This document shows positions 25,094-33,780 of a stretch of DNA of 35,401 bases, in pieces. The notes beneath the pieces were generated by a model, which saw only the letters and a list, made by a program, of their open reading frames with translations, was not told the origin of the DNA and ran no database searches. How positions within the stretch are numbered: position 1 is the first letter of the stretch; every line of letters starts with the position of its first letter. Made by a program: the position numbers and the translations under genes. The stretch is from Dehalococcoidia bacterium (lineage in GTDB: Bacteria > Chloroflexota > Dehalococcoidia > GIF9 > AB-539-J10), in NCBI GenBank assembly GCA_003562555.1, contig PWUO01000073.1, positions 1 through 35,401 on the forward strand. Direction: 5' to 3'.

Positions 25094-26509
25094 CTACCCG
25101 GTCGGAGGCTTCAGGTCGGCGGGAATTGGACACTCGTACGCCGTCCCGCCCCTCTGTGTCTCGAATTCCTCGCGTGCCTTCGTCAACAAAGTGTCATCCT
25201 GCATCAGATCAAGCGCAGTAAGCGCCAGCGACTTCGCCACGAACAGCATCGCCTTACGCCCAATCCCGGATCCTGCCGAAGCCACCGCCTGCCACGAGTG
25301 CAGGGGAACGCCCAGCGGCATGCAACACGCCGTCATCTGAGCCGTTGGCGCGATCTGCGACACATCCCCCACATCCGTCGAAACCGGTTGGACCTCCCCC
25401 GCAGAGAGCGTGCCCAGCTCATCCACCACATTCATGCACAGCGGGTCACCGACTACATCGGCAGTCACACCGTAGGACCTGAGCGCATCCTCAGCCATCC
25501 CGAGGGGCAGAGTTGCCTTCAACGCACGCGCCAGCGCCACATCCTCCTCATCGAACGGAGGAGGACCGACTTCCTTCATGTTTCGCAGCAGCGCCTGTTG
25601 GATCGTCCTATTTGGCACGTACTCATGACAGGCCGCCACAATCTCGACGTCGAGGCTGGTATCGGTCATGAGTGCAGCACCGCGGGCGACGTTCAGAACA
25701 CGTTCATATATCTGCTCCACCTGAGTTCGCTTCGGAGCCCGAACGTAGTACCAGATTTGCGCATATTCGGGAACGATATTGGGCGCCTCTCCGCCGTGGG
25801 TAACCATGCAGTGGATTCGCGCCTCGGGGATCACATGCTCCCGAAGATAGTTCACTCCAATGTCGGTGAGCATCACTGCGTCCAGAGCACTTCGGCCCGC
25901 TTCGGGAGCCGACGCAGCATGCGCCGTTCGACCATGGAACGAGAGCTTGAATGAGTTGAGCGCCGCAGACGAGGCCGCCCACAGGGTGTTGGCATACATG
26001 GGGTGCCAGGTCAGAACGCCATCCAGTCCTTCGAACACGCCCTCTCGCGCCATGAAGACCTTCCCCATCAGCGTCTCTTCGGCAGGACAACCGAAGTAGC
26101 GCACTGTTCCGCCAATGCCGTGAGTCTCCATCATCCGCTTGACAGCCATAGCCGCGCCTGCGCCGGCCACGCCAAGAAGGTTATGTCCGCATGCGTGCCC
26201 CGGCGCTCCCTGATCGACGGGTTCCTTGTAAGCACAGGCACGCTGGGAGAGCCCCGGCAGTGCATCGTACTCGCCAAGAATGCCGATTACCGGGGCGCCA
26301 CTACCCGATTCCGCCACCAAAGCTGTCCCGATCCCCGCAACCGGCGCCATGACGCGAAACCCTTCGTTGCGCAACGCATCCACCAACAGTCGGGCAGCAT
26401 ATGTCTCCTTGAAGCCCGTCTGAGGGTTCTCCCATATGTCCCTTGCCAGCGCATCCAGTTGGGGGCGCTGCTTCTCCAGATATGTGACGACACCATCGAC
26501 TATGGACAC
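25094..26509 (-). CDS. M20-family amidohydrolase, AbgB-like (aminobenzoyl-glutamate utilisation protein B family)
   Basis: GILGEYDALPGLSQ, GHACGHNLLG, TVRYFGCPAEE, LTWHP, GRSALDAV, STDVGDVS and PLHSWQ are collinear with E. coli AbgB as I remember it. GTG start with AGGAGG upstream. Confidence 0.9.
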   Translation of the reverse strand: MSIVDGVVTYLEKQRPQLDALARDIWENPQTGFKETYAARLLVDALRNEGFRVMAPVAGIGTALVAESGSGAPVIGILGEYDALPGLSQRACAYKEPVDQGAPGHACGHNLLGVAGAGAAMAVKRMMETHGIGGTVRYFGCPAEETLMGKVFMAREGVFEGLDGVLTWHPMYANTLWAASSAALNSFKLSFHGRTAHAASAPEAGRSALDAVMLTDIGVNYLREHVIPEARIHCMVTHGGEAPNIVPEYAQIWYYVRAPKRTQVEQIYERVLNVARGAALMTDTSLDVEIVAACHEYVPNRTIQQALLRNMKEVGPPPFDEEDVALARALKATLPLGMAEDALRSYGVTADVVGDPLCMNVVDELGTLSAGEVQPVSTDVGDVSQIAPTAQMTACCMPLGVPLHSWQAVASAGSGIGRKAMLFVAKSLALTALDLMQDDTLLTKAREEFETQRGGTAYECPIPADLKPPTG

Positions 26510-26867
26510 GTGCGCCTCCTTTCATCCGGCCAGACAGGCACCGGGAAAGGATTGTACATGACGCCGACCACACGGCAGAAACACGCTGTCGTCAGTGGCT
26601 CAACCGGGTAACGGGAATAGTGCGCAGAGTGCCATCGGCCTGATGTCAGGTTGACAGATAAGCGAGTCCGGATCCACCACATAGGCGTGCCTGCTGAACA
26701 GGCAACCAGCCGGATGGCACGATCGCGCATCCCAAGACGGACTGCCACCGCTCAGGTGCGACCCCATATGAAGCGGGTCGGGACCACTGCGGGAACGCCG
26801 CGGGGCCAGTCGTTCATCACCTCCTTGGGTAGCGAGGGCGCTTTCAGCCGCAGGAAGACGAGAAACA

Positions 26868-26898
26868 TTGACATCTGCCCGTAAGTGATAGCTACAAT
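26868..26898 (+). promoter_or_regulatory. Candidate promoter TTGACA-19-TACAAT upstream of the TspO-like gene
   Basis: Both hexamers are consensus-grade but the spacer is long (19 nt). This would give a 5' UTR of about 165 nt. Confidence 0.3.
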
Positions 26899-27071
26899 AG
26901 GATCGCGCGCGACGAGCGCTGAAACGACGGAGCCGCCTGAACAAAGGCGTCGTGCGGTTCGGCCACGCTGAGATGCTGCCCGGTCCTGCGGCAGGCTGGA
27001 TCGTAGCCCGACGTTGCCGATGTCGCCAGGATGCATCGTTGAAGGGTGGCCCGATCGCGCTTAAGCCAATC

Positions 27072-27569
27072 ATGTCCCGAATCCTTCGACTTGCGGATGC
27101 ACTGAACAGGGACGACAGACAGTCCCTGCGTCTTAACATTGCGATCCCTGTGACCCTCGGGTTGATCCTGAACGGTCTCGGGCTCTGGCTTGCACGCAAC
27201 GATCCGTTGGACGCTGCACCATGGTTCGCTCCCCCGGGCTGGGTTTCGGCTATCGTATGGCTCTGTCTTCTTGCATTGCTGGGGGCGGCACGCTGGACCT
27301 TGAACTCCTACACGATTATCGGCGTACTCATGGCAAGGACCGCAGTGACCCTGTTGCTTGTCGCGTGCCTTGTGTGGCCGCTCTACACGCTCGCAGCCGT
27401 CAACCTGTCAATCCAGATGATCGCCAACGGTCTGACCCTGCTCATGGCCGTCGCTGCCATACTGATCGTCCGTCAGCGCTCGGTCGAAGCGGCATCACTC
27501 ATCATGCCGACCATAGTGTGGCTGGCATTCACCACGCTCATCGCGGCTACAGCACTGACACAGGCGTGA
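27072..27569 (+). CDS. TspO/MBR (tryptophan-rich sensory protein) family membrane protein
   Basis: Five hydrophobic segments. APWFAPPGWVSAIVWLCLLALLGAARW resembles the TspO motif KPxWxPPxWVFxxVWtxLY. The C-terminal MPTIVWLAFTTLIA resembles VPYLxWxxFAxxLN. The start at ATG 27072 was chosen because the upstream ORF part is R/C-rich nonsense. The RBS is weak. Confidence 0.65.
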   Translation: MSRILRLADALNRDDRQSLRLNIAIPVTLGLILNGLGLWLARNDPLDAAPWFAPPGWVSAIVWLCLLALLGAARWTLNSYTIIGVLMARTAVTLLLVACLVWPLYTLAAVNLSIQMIANGLTLLMAVAAILIVRQRSVEAASLIMPTIVWLAFTTLIAATALTQA

Positions 27570-27665
27570 TGCCCACTGCCACGTTGACGCGCCGGACTGT
27601 CTGACTGATAATGCGTTACGTCACGTACACCATGACTGCGTGAATCCCGCTAAGGAGGAATACCC

Positions 27666-29339
27666 ATGAAGAGCGATACGATCACAAAGGGCGTCGAGCG
27701 CGCGCCACACCGGTCACTCCTGTATGCACTCGGGCACCCCAGGGAAGACTTTGACAAGCCTTTCGTCGGAGTAGTGAACAGCTACACCACCGTCATTCCC
27801 GGCCACATGCACCTGCAGTCTATCTCCAACGCGGTGCGGGAGGGCATTCGCGCGGGTGGAGGCGTGCCATTCGAATTCAACACCATCGGCGTCTGTGACG
27901 GCATAGCCATGAACCACCCCGGCATGAGGCTCAGCCTGCCCAGCAGGGAACTGATCGCGGATTCAGTTGAGATTATGGCGGAGGCACACGGCTTCGACGC
28001 ACTCGTATTCATTCCGAACTGCGACAAGATAGTACCTGGAATGCTCATGGCAGCAGCACGGCTCAATCTTCCCTGTATCTTTGTCTCCGGTGGCCCCATG
28101 CTTCCGGGCCGAATGCCCGGAGAGGAGGGTCCTATCGACATCGATCTCATCAGCTGCTTCGAGGGTGTTGGCAAGGTGCTGTCGCACCAGATGACCGAGA
28201 GACAGCTCGAAGAGATAGAACAGAGGGCCTGCCCGGGGTGCGGTTCCTGCTCTCCCATCGCAACCGCCAATACCATGAACTGCCTCACCGAGGTGCTGGG
28301 TCTCGGTTTGCCGGGAAACGGCACCATTCCCGCGCCGGAAGGCAGACGCCTTCAACTGGCGTTCCTCGCTGGCAAACAGGTGATGCGGGTTGTTGAGAAG
28401 GGTATAAGGCCAGGCGACATCCTCACTGCAGACGCGTTTCACAACGCCTTCGCCGTGGACATGGCGATCGGAGGCAGCACGAACACGGTGCTCCATCTCC
28501 CGGCCATCGCACACGCAGCAGGTGTGGAATTTCCTCTGGCCCGCATCAATGAGATCAGCGACAAAGTGCCACACCTGTGCAACCTGCGCCCTTACGGAAA
28601 ATTCGGGCTTGCCGATCTGGATCTTGCGGGAGGAATTCCCGCGGTGATGAAGGAAATAGCGAAGAGACTGAAGCCGGGCGCCATGACCGTCACCGGTAAG
28701 ACCATCGGCGACGTATGGCGTGATGCCGAGGTGCGGGACCGGCGCGTGATCCACGCATTCGACAACCCCCTCCACAAGACCGGAGGAGTGGCAGTCCTCT
28801 TCGGCAACCTCGCTCCTGATGGGGCTGTGGTGAAGACAGCGGGAGTGGACGACAACATGATGATTCACGAAGGCCCAGCCCGCTGCTTCAACAGCGAGGA
28901 GGAAGCAACCAAAGCCATCTCGTCACGTGTCTTCAACCCGGGAGACGTCATAGTCGTTCGCTATGAGGGGCCCAAGGGTGGACCGGGGATGCGCGAGATG
29001 CTGACTCCAACCTCGATGCTTGCAGGCATGGGAGCCGATAAGAACGTTGCCCTCATCACCGATGGACGGTTCTCAGGTGGCTCACGCGGCGCGGCCGTCG
29101 GCCACGTCTCCCCTGAGGCTGCGGCCCGGGGTCCTATCGCCGCCATCCGGGATGGCGACCTCATTCGCATCGATGTCACCGCACGGCGTCTGGACGTGAA
29201 GCTCGACGACAGAGAGATCCAGGAGCGGCTTGAGACACTGCCACCATTTACTTCTAAGGTGAAGAAAGGCTTCCTGGCGCGGTACAGCCGATTAGTTTCA
29301 TCCGCCACTACCGGCGCTGTCTTTGAAGACCTGGGTTAG
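27666..29339 (+). CDS. ilvD: Dihydroxy-acid dehydratase
   Basis: [51 protein letters not shown] and GHVSPEAA are canonical IlvD blocks. RBS AAGGAGGA. Confidence 0.97.
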   Translation: MKSDTITKGVERAPHRSLLYALGHPREDFDKPFVGVVNSYTTVIPGHMHLQSISNAVREGIRAGGGVPFEFNTIGVCDGIAMNHPGMRLSLPSRELIADSVEIMAEAHGFDALVFIPNCDKIVPGMLMAAARLNLPCIFVSGGPMLPGRMPGEEGPIDIDLISCFEGVGKVLSHQMTERQLEEIEQRACPGCGSCSPIATANTMNCLTEVLGLGLPGNGTIPAPEGRRLQLAFLAGKQVMRVVEKGIRPGDILTADAFHNAFAVDMAIGGSTNTVLHLPAIAHAAGVEFPLARINEISDKVPHLCNLRPYGKFGLADLDLAGGIPAVMKEIAKRLKPGAMTVTGKTIGDVWRDAEVRDRRVIHAFDNPLHKTGGVAVLFGNLAPDGAVVKTAGVDDNMMIHEGPARCFNSEEEATKAISSRVFNPGDVIVVRYEGPKGGPGMREMLTPTSMLAGMGADKNVALITDGRFSGGSRGAAVGHVSPEAAARGPIAAIRDGDLIRIDVTARRLDVKLDDREIQERLETLPPFTSKVKKGFLARYSRLVSSATTGAVFEDLG

Positions 29340-29538
29340 CTATACAACTTCCTGTTTCGCCGGGTGAGCGGACGGACCGACCCGCCGCTCGCCCGGAACT
29401 TGTGATATCTGTCCACGGCAGTTTTGTGTTGATTTCGGTACCTGTCCGTAATGGCAGCGCGCCTCCGCAACACACATGTCCTCAGACATGTGCACGCCGG
29501 TTGCCCTGACCATCAGAAGCTCAAGCAGCACAGACAAT

Positions 29539-29572
29539 CGCGGGGGCGCGACGTAACTGTCGCGCCCCCGCG
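29539..29572. terminator. Perfect 14-bp GC-rich hairpin between convergent ilvD and the betaine-binding gene
   Basis: CGCGGGGGCGCGAC-GTAACT-GTCGCGCCCCCGCG. There is no clean U-tract on either strand, so it may be a terminator, an RNA-stabilising element or a REP-like element. Confidence 0.4.
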
Positions 29573-29643
29573 TGCAGGAGATGAAAGCCCGCACTGTGGT
29601 CACCACAAGAGGGGCATCAACAAGCGTTTTCCTCAGTGAGCAA

Positions 29644-30501
29644 TTAGACCCACTGACTCACCACATCCTGATTCGCATCGACCCACTGACGGGCCGCCAC
29701 GGAAGGATCAACTCCTTCGACGTTTATCTCGAACATCACCTCGGCAAGCTGCTCCTCGGTGAGGAAGAAGTTGCTCAGTATGCTCGCAGCACCAGGCATG
29801 TCTGCACTGAAACCCTGGCGCGCGATGGTGTTGATCGTCTCGGCTCCTCCATAGGAGCTCATCGGATCATCAAGGAACTCCAGGTCATACGCGAAGAACT
29901 TCCAGTGCGGTGCCCAGCCCGTGACAACGACCCACTCGTTGGCCGAGTAAGCGCTGTCCAGGGCGACAGTCATGGCCATGTCACTCGCATCCATTACCGT
30001 CCAGTCATCGAGTCCGTAGCTTGGAACCGCTTCTTCATACGTATGATGCATGATTCCCGAGCCCGGCTCGATACCGTAGATGGTCCAGTCGAACTCGTCA
30101 CCATGTGCATTCAACTCATCGATGGAGTTGATATCCGCATACTGCGGAACGACGAGGCCAATCCTGGCTCCCTCGTAGTTGGGTCCAAGATCCTCGATCT
30201 GGTCAGCGTACTGATCCATGTACGCCTCATGCGTGTAGGGCAGCCAGGCGCATACGAACACATCCGCATCGCCTGAGGCGACGCTTGTCCACATCGGGCC
30301 CGCCGCCACAGCGGTCAACTCGACGTTGTAGCCCGCATCCTCAAGCACTGCCTGCATGATGTGCGTCTGCGACTCAGCACATGCCCACTGTACATAAATC
30401 ATGTCGATCGTGTCGTCACCATCGGCCGCGCAGCCGCCCAGCAACACGCCGGCAGCCACCAGGCCAGCGACAACAACCGTCAGTAGCTTCTTGCTTCGCA
30501 T
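29644..30501 (-). CDS. Glycine betaine/proline betaine ABC-transporter substrate-binding lipoprotein (OpuAC/ProX-like)
   Basis: Lipobox VLLGGC. IDMIYVQWACAESQTHIM...DVFVCAWLPYTHEAY...GLVVPQYADINSIDEL is the typical OpuAC fold signature. RBS AAGGAGGA. Confidence 0.88.
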   Translation of the reverse strand: MRSKKLLTVVVAGLVAAGVLLGGCAADGDDTIDMIYVQWACAESQTHIMQAVLEDAGYNVELTAVAAGPMWTSVASGDADVFVCAWLPYTHEAYMDQYADQIEDLGPNYEGARIGLVVPQYADINSIDELNAHGDEFDWTIYGIEPGSGIMHHTYEEAVPSYGLDDWTVMDASDMAMTVALDSAYSANEWVVVTGWAPHWKFFAYDLEFLDDPMSSYGGAETINTIARQGFSADMPGAASILSNFFLTEEQLAEVMFEINVEGVDPSVAARQWVDANQDVVSQWV

Positions 30502-30841
30502 CGTTTCCTCCTTACTGTTTGGACCTCCACTGCCTCCTTCCAGTCCACCCTTCGAATCGAGGACACTGTCGTGTCCACTCGGCTTTCCGTTTTCTCACCT
30601 CCTGCAGCAAGAATCGGAGACATGGCGTCTTCGTGAATGGCAAGCAACAACCGGGAGAACGCAAGGCGACTCAGGCAAGGCAGCGGAATCCGGCGACTAT
30701 TAAAAGGGCTGGAAGACCCTCCGGAGACCGGGAGGGTTCAACTGACGGATCTCTGTCGATCCTTACCTTGAATGCGAGTCCTTGTGAACTCGTCAGCAGG
30801 TGCTGATGCCATTCGCATACGTGGGCAGTCTACCAGACGCG

Positions 30842-31456
30842 TCATCTGCGGGTCAAACGTCTGAACGTAGACCACGATAGAGAGGGAGGCTCCTGACGTC
30901 GCCCCCTGGTCAGCGCCGGGTGCTCCCCGGATACCTCATCCACATACGTCCCACCGAAGCCGACACGCATTGCATCTGTGGCATCGCAGCCACGAGACAG
31001 CGCGGCGACTATATCGCGCGACACCTTGGTCTTGAACACGCGGCCTGTGGACGAAGTGAAGTACGCGAACCGCACATCGTCCGGCATGCACCCCCAGACA
31101 CTCAGCCTGTTGAGAAGCTGCTCCACCGAGACTGACTTCACCACTGGACGCTGAAGGCCAAGTTCGAGCGGAAATTCGCTCATCTGTGAACGTGGCAGCA
31201 CCACACGGTGGCCAGTACTCAGAATAAGGCCACAACTGACCAGAGTCACCGGCTGTCCATGTACATTGGCTGCCTCCAACACCAGTTGCGCATCACGAGA
31301 TTCGAACTCGTCCGCCATCGAGAGCCCGACACCGACCGTCACCTTGACCAGTGGCCGTTCCCAGTATCGGCGTATGAGCTCAATGCCAAGGACTACAATG
31401 CCTGCCGCCACACCGCCACCGAACGCCGCCAAGAAGATCCCCTGGTCCAACTGCAT
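30842..31456 (-). CDS. Hypothetical membrane-anchored protein (one N-terminal TM plus a soluble domain of about 170 aa)
   Basis: The internal ATG at 31456 is preceded by GGAGGGAG. TM segment: IFLAAFGGGVAAGIVVLGIELI. No family recognised. Confidence 0.55.
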   Translation of the reverse strand: MQLDQGIFLAAFGGGVAAGIVVLGIELIRRYWERPLVKVTVGVGLSMADEFESRDAQLVLEAANVHGQPVTLVSCGLILSTGHRVVLPRSQMSEFPLELGLQRPVVKSVSVEQLLNRLSVWGCMPDDVRFAYFTSSTGRVFKTKVSRDIVAALSRGCDATDAMRVGFGGTYVDEVSGEHPALTRGRRQEPPSLSWSTFRRLTRR

Positions 31457-31887
31457 GCTCCCTCCATCACGAAACAAGACCTTGCGCGTTGCGCCTCCAA
31501 AGCATACACATAATACACCCCGTGGTCTATGCCTGCTCTGCATCGATACAAGAAAGCGCCTCACAGGCTATCAAACCGCTTCACGTCGACGCGGACTATT
31601 CTGCGTCATCTTGTCAACCCCCACACTTACAGACCTGACACTTGTTGATACGACCTGCACCATTTCAACTCGCGCCGCCATTCCCAGGACTCTTCTCCCA
31701 ATCTCAACACGCCCCCTGGGTTGGCGGAACACAGGACCCAGTACGTTTTCGCATCACCTGCTGATTTCCGCACGTGTCGGCAGTGACGATACAGGACTTA
31801 TGACCCATCGACTTAGTCCTCACGACGATGTTCTCCGCCACTCGGTACCTTTGCGTGATGTGTGTCAGGCCTGTTCGTACGTACAGT

Positions 31888-32916
31888 ATGCATGTGATGA
31901 AGAAACTCTTTGCGGTTGTGACGGCGGCAGTCCTGATCGCAGTAGCATTATTCGCAAGTGTGTCGCTTGATAAGCCCGGCAAGGTCATCGCTCAGGGCTC
32001 GACCGACCTCTCTGTGTCTCAGTCGCACGTCTCATCTGCGGGTGCGGCTGTAACTACGCCGGATGAGACCGACATCGTCACCTTCGATGCGGTGTCCTCG
32101 GCACACAGGCAATCCTACGCAAACCGCTGGGGCATCGAACGCATCGGGGCACCTGGGACGTGGGACACGGCCAGCTTCGCCCCAGTACTGGTTGCGGTGC
32201 TGGACACGGGCATCGCCAATGACACTCCGTTTGCCGACAAAATAGTGGGAGCGATCGATTTCACAGGCAGTGGCACGACGGATGACGAGAACGGGCACGG
32301 CACGCATATGGCAGATACGATCGCCGGAATCGCTCCCAACGCGAATCTCCTCAACGTCAAGGTCGCTGACAGACGCGGGCGCTGTGACACCGCCACAGTG
32401 GCACAGGGTATTCGCTGGGCTGCCGATCGTGGGGCACAGGTCATTAACGTGAGCCTGGAAGTAGCCCATTCCTCCCACTTAGAGGACTCCATTAACTACG
32501 CGTGGCAGAGAGGTGCAGTAGTTGTCGCCGCTGCTGGCAATGGAGGCACCAGCGCTCCAGCTTACCCGGCTGGCTACACGAACTCGATCGCCGTGGCCTG
32601 TACGAACCAGAGCGATGGGTTGGCCGTTCTCTCCAATCATGGTGACTGGGTAGACATTGCCGCACCAGGGTTCAAGATCATTGCCCGGTCACATGAGGGT
32701 GATCTCAGCTATGAAACCGGCACTTCTCCAGCTGCAGCCCATGTCTCTGGAGTAGCCGCGCTTCTTTTCTGAATAGTGACAGACGGTTCGGAAGATGAGA
32801 TCGTGAATCACCTTGTTCGCCACGCGATCGAGTCGTCCTCTCAGATGCTCCCTGTATCTGGTATCGGCACGGGGCTGCTGGATGCTCCCGCTGCATTGCT
32901 CGTCCTCTCCAGCTAG
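31888..32916 (+). pseudogene. Subtilisin-like S8 serine peptidase interrupted by an in-frame TGA (32770-32772)
   Basis: Signal peptide MKKLFAVVTAAVLIAVALFA. Catalytic Asp VAVLDTGI, His NGHGTHMADTIAG, Ser GTSPAAAHVSGVAALLF. After the TGA the same frame continues with subtilase-like sequence: IVTDGSEDEIVNHLVRHAIESS..VSGIGTGLLDAPAAL, then TAG at 32914. Confidence 0.8.
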
Positions 32917-33442
32917 ACGCCTTTACGTGTACACCAATCCCCCCGTCTTTGCGCTTAGAACATCGCCCGCGCAGTGAGATCGCCGGTTGGCCGAAGCCTG
33001 GCGTCCAGCCGATAATGAGATCGCGCGGCAAAGATCCTTTCTTCACCATGGCATCCAGACTTTGGGCAAGCGCCTCCGATAAGAGGCCGACGTCCCGATC
33101 CGTATGCGCTGCTGAGAACACGAACAGGCTGCCACGGAGCGAGGCCACACCACACTGCAGCAGGTGCAGGTTCAGGCGCTCGATAACCGGCATGCACCTG
33201 ACATTCATCAATGCGGCCACATCACGACATGGCACGTCATAATCAATGTCGAAGGACTCCCGCTCACACTGTCCAGGGTAGACATGCACGATGCTCCGGC
33301 CATAGAGCCGGCCATTGATGCCCTTTCTCCGCAGTATTTCGTTCGTGCCATCCCGGAACACGCGTGCGGCTTCATCGTACAAGGCCATGGAGCCCGCATG
33401 CGCCCCGAGATAGTCTTTCAGTAGTCCGTCGTCACGCACCAT
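32705..33442 (-). pseudogene. 5'-truncated remnant of a class-III (GSA-aminomutase-like) aminotransferase
   Basis: Only the first roughly 145 codons of the ORF look like a real protein: ...VIERLNLHLLQCGVASLRGSLFVFSAAHTDRDVGLLSEALAQSLDAMVKKG. They match the C-terminal domain of HemL-like enzymes. The N-terminal PLP domain of about 300 aa is absent. The ORF tail runs 211 nt into the subtilase gene and looks like noise. Confidence 0.5.
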
Positions 33443-33703
33443 CCCGTTCCGGCACTGAAAACCTGGCGTGTGCAGTCAGCGATACCTGTCGCCGTTCATC
33501 AGGCTACCACGCAGCTGACACCGTCTACACCGAGCAGTCTGGCCCTTCCAGGTGGCCCGAAACAAAGGCACATCGAGCCCGGAACAGAAGACTGTCCCCG
33601 CAATTTCGTCAAGATAGCTGTTGATAAGTATTCGTTTGGTTAACGGGTGATCCACGTGCAGATGTTGACAAGCCTGTGGACAACTTCCCGCCCGCGTCCC
33701 TTT

Positions 33704-33732
33704 TTGACGAAGATACGCGAACGCAGTATCGT
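33704..33732 (+). promoter_or_regulatory. Candidate promoter TTGACG-17-TATCGT upstream of the permease gene
   Basis: The spacer contains a short inverted repeat GATAC-N9-GTATC (33712-33730). Confidence 0.3.
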
Positions 33733-33780
33733 TCGGCATCGTGTGCTGCGCGAGTTGTAGCGGCAGCATAAGACGAGCCG

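Noticed and set aside
26600-27199. 199-aa minus-strand ORF, and the upstream GTG extension (26952) of the TspO-like ORF.
   Set aside because: The sequences are Arg/Ser/Pro/Cys-rich and low-complexity, with no motifs. The TspO homology begins only near ATG 27072.
32770-32772. Selenocysteine or alternative-code reading of the in-frame TGA in the subtilase.
   Set aside because: I could not draw a convincing SECIS-like hairpin immediately downstream. The position is a hydrophobic helix residue, not a redox site. TGA clearly terminates other genes in this window.
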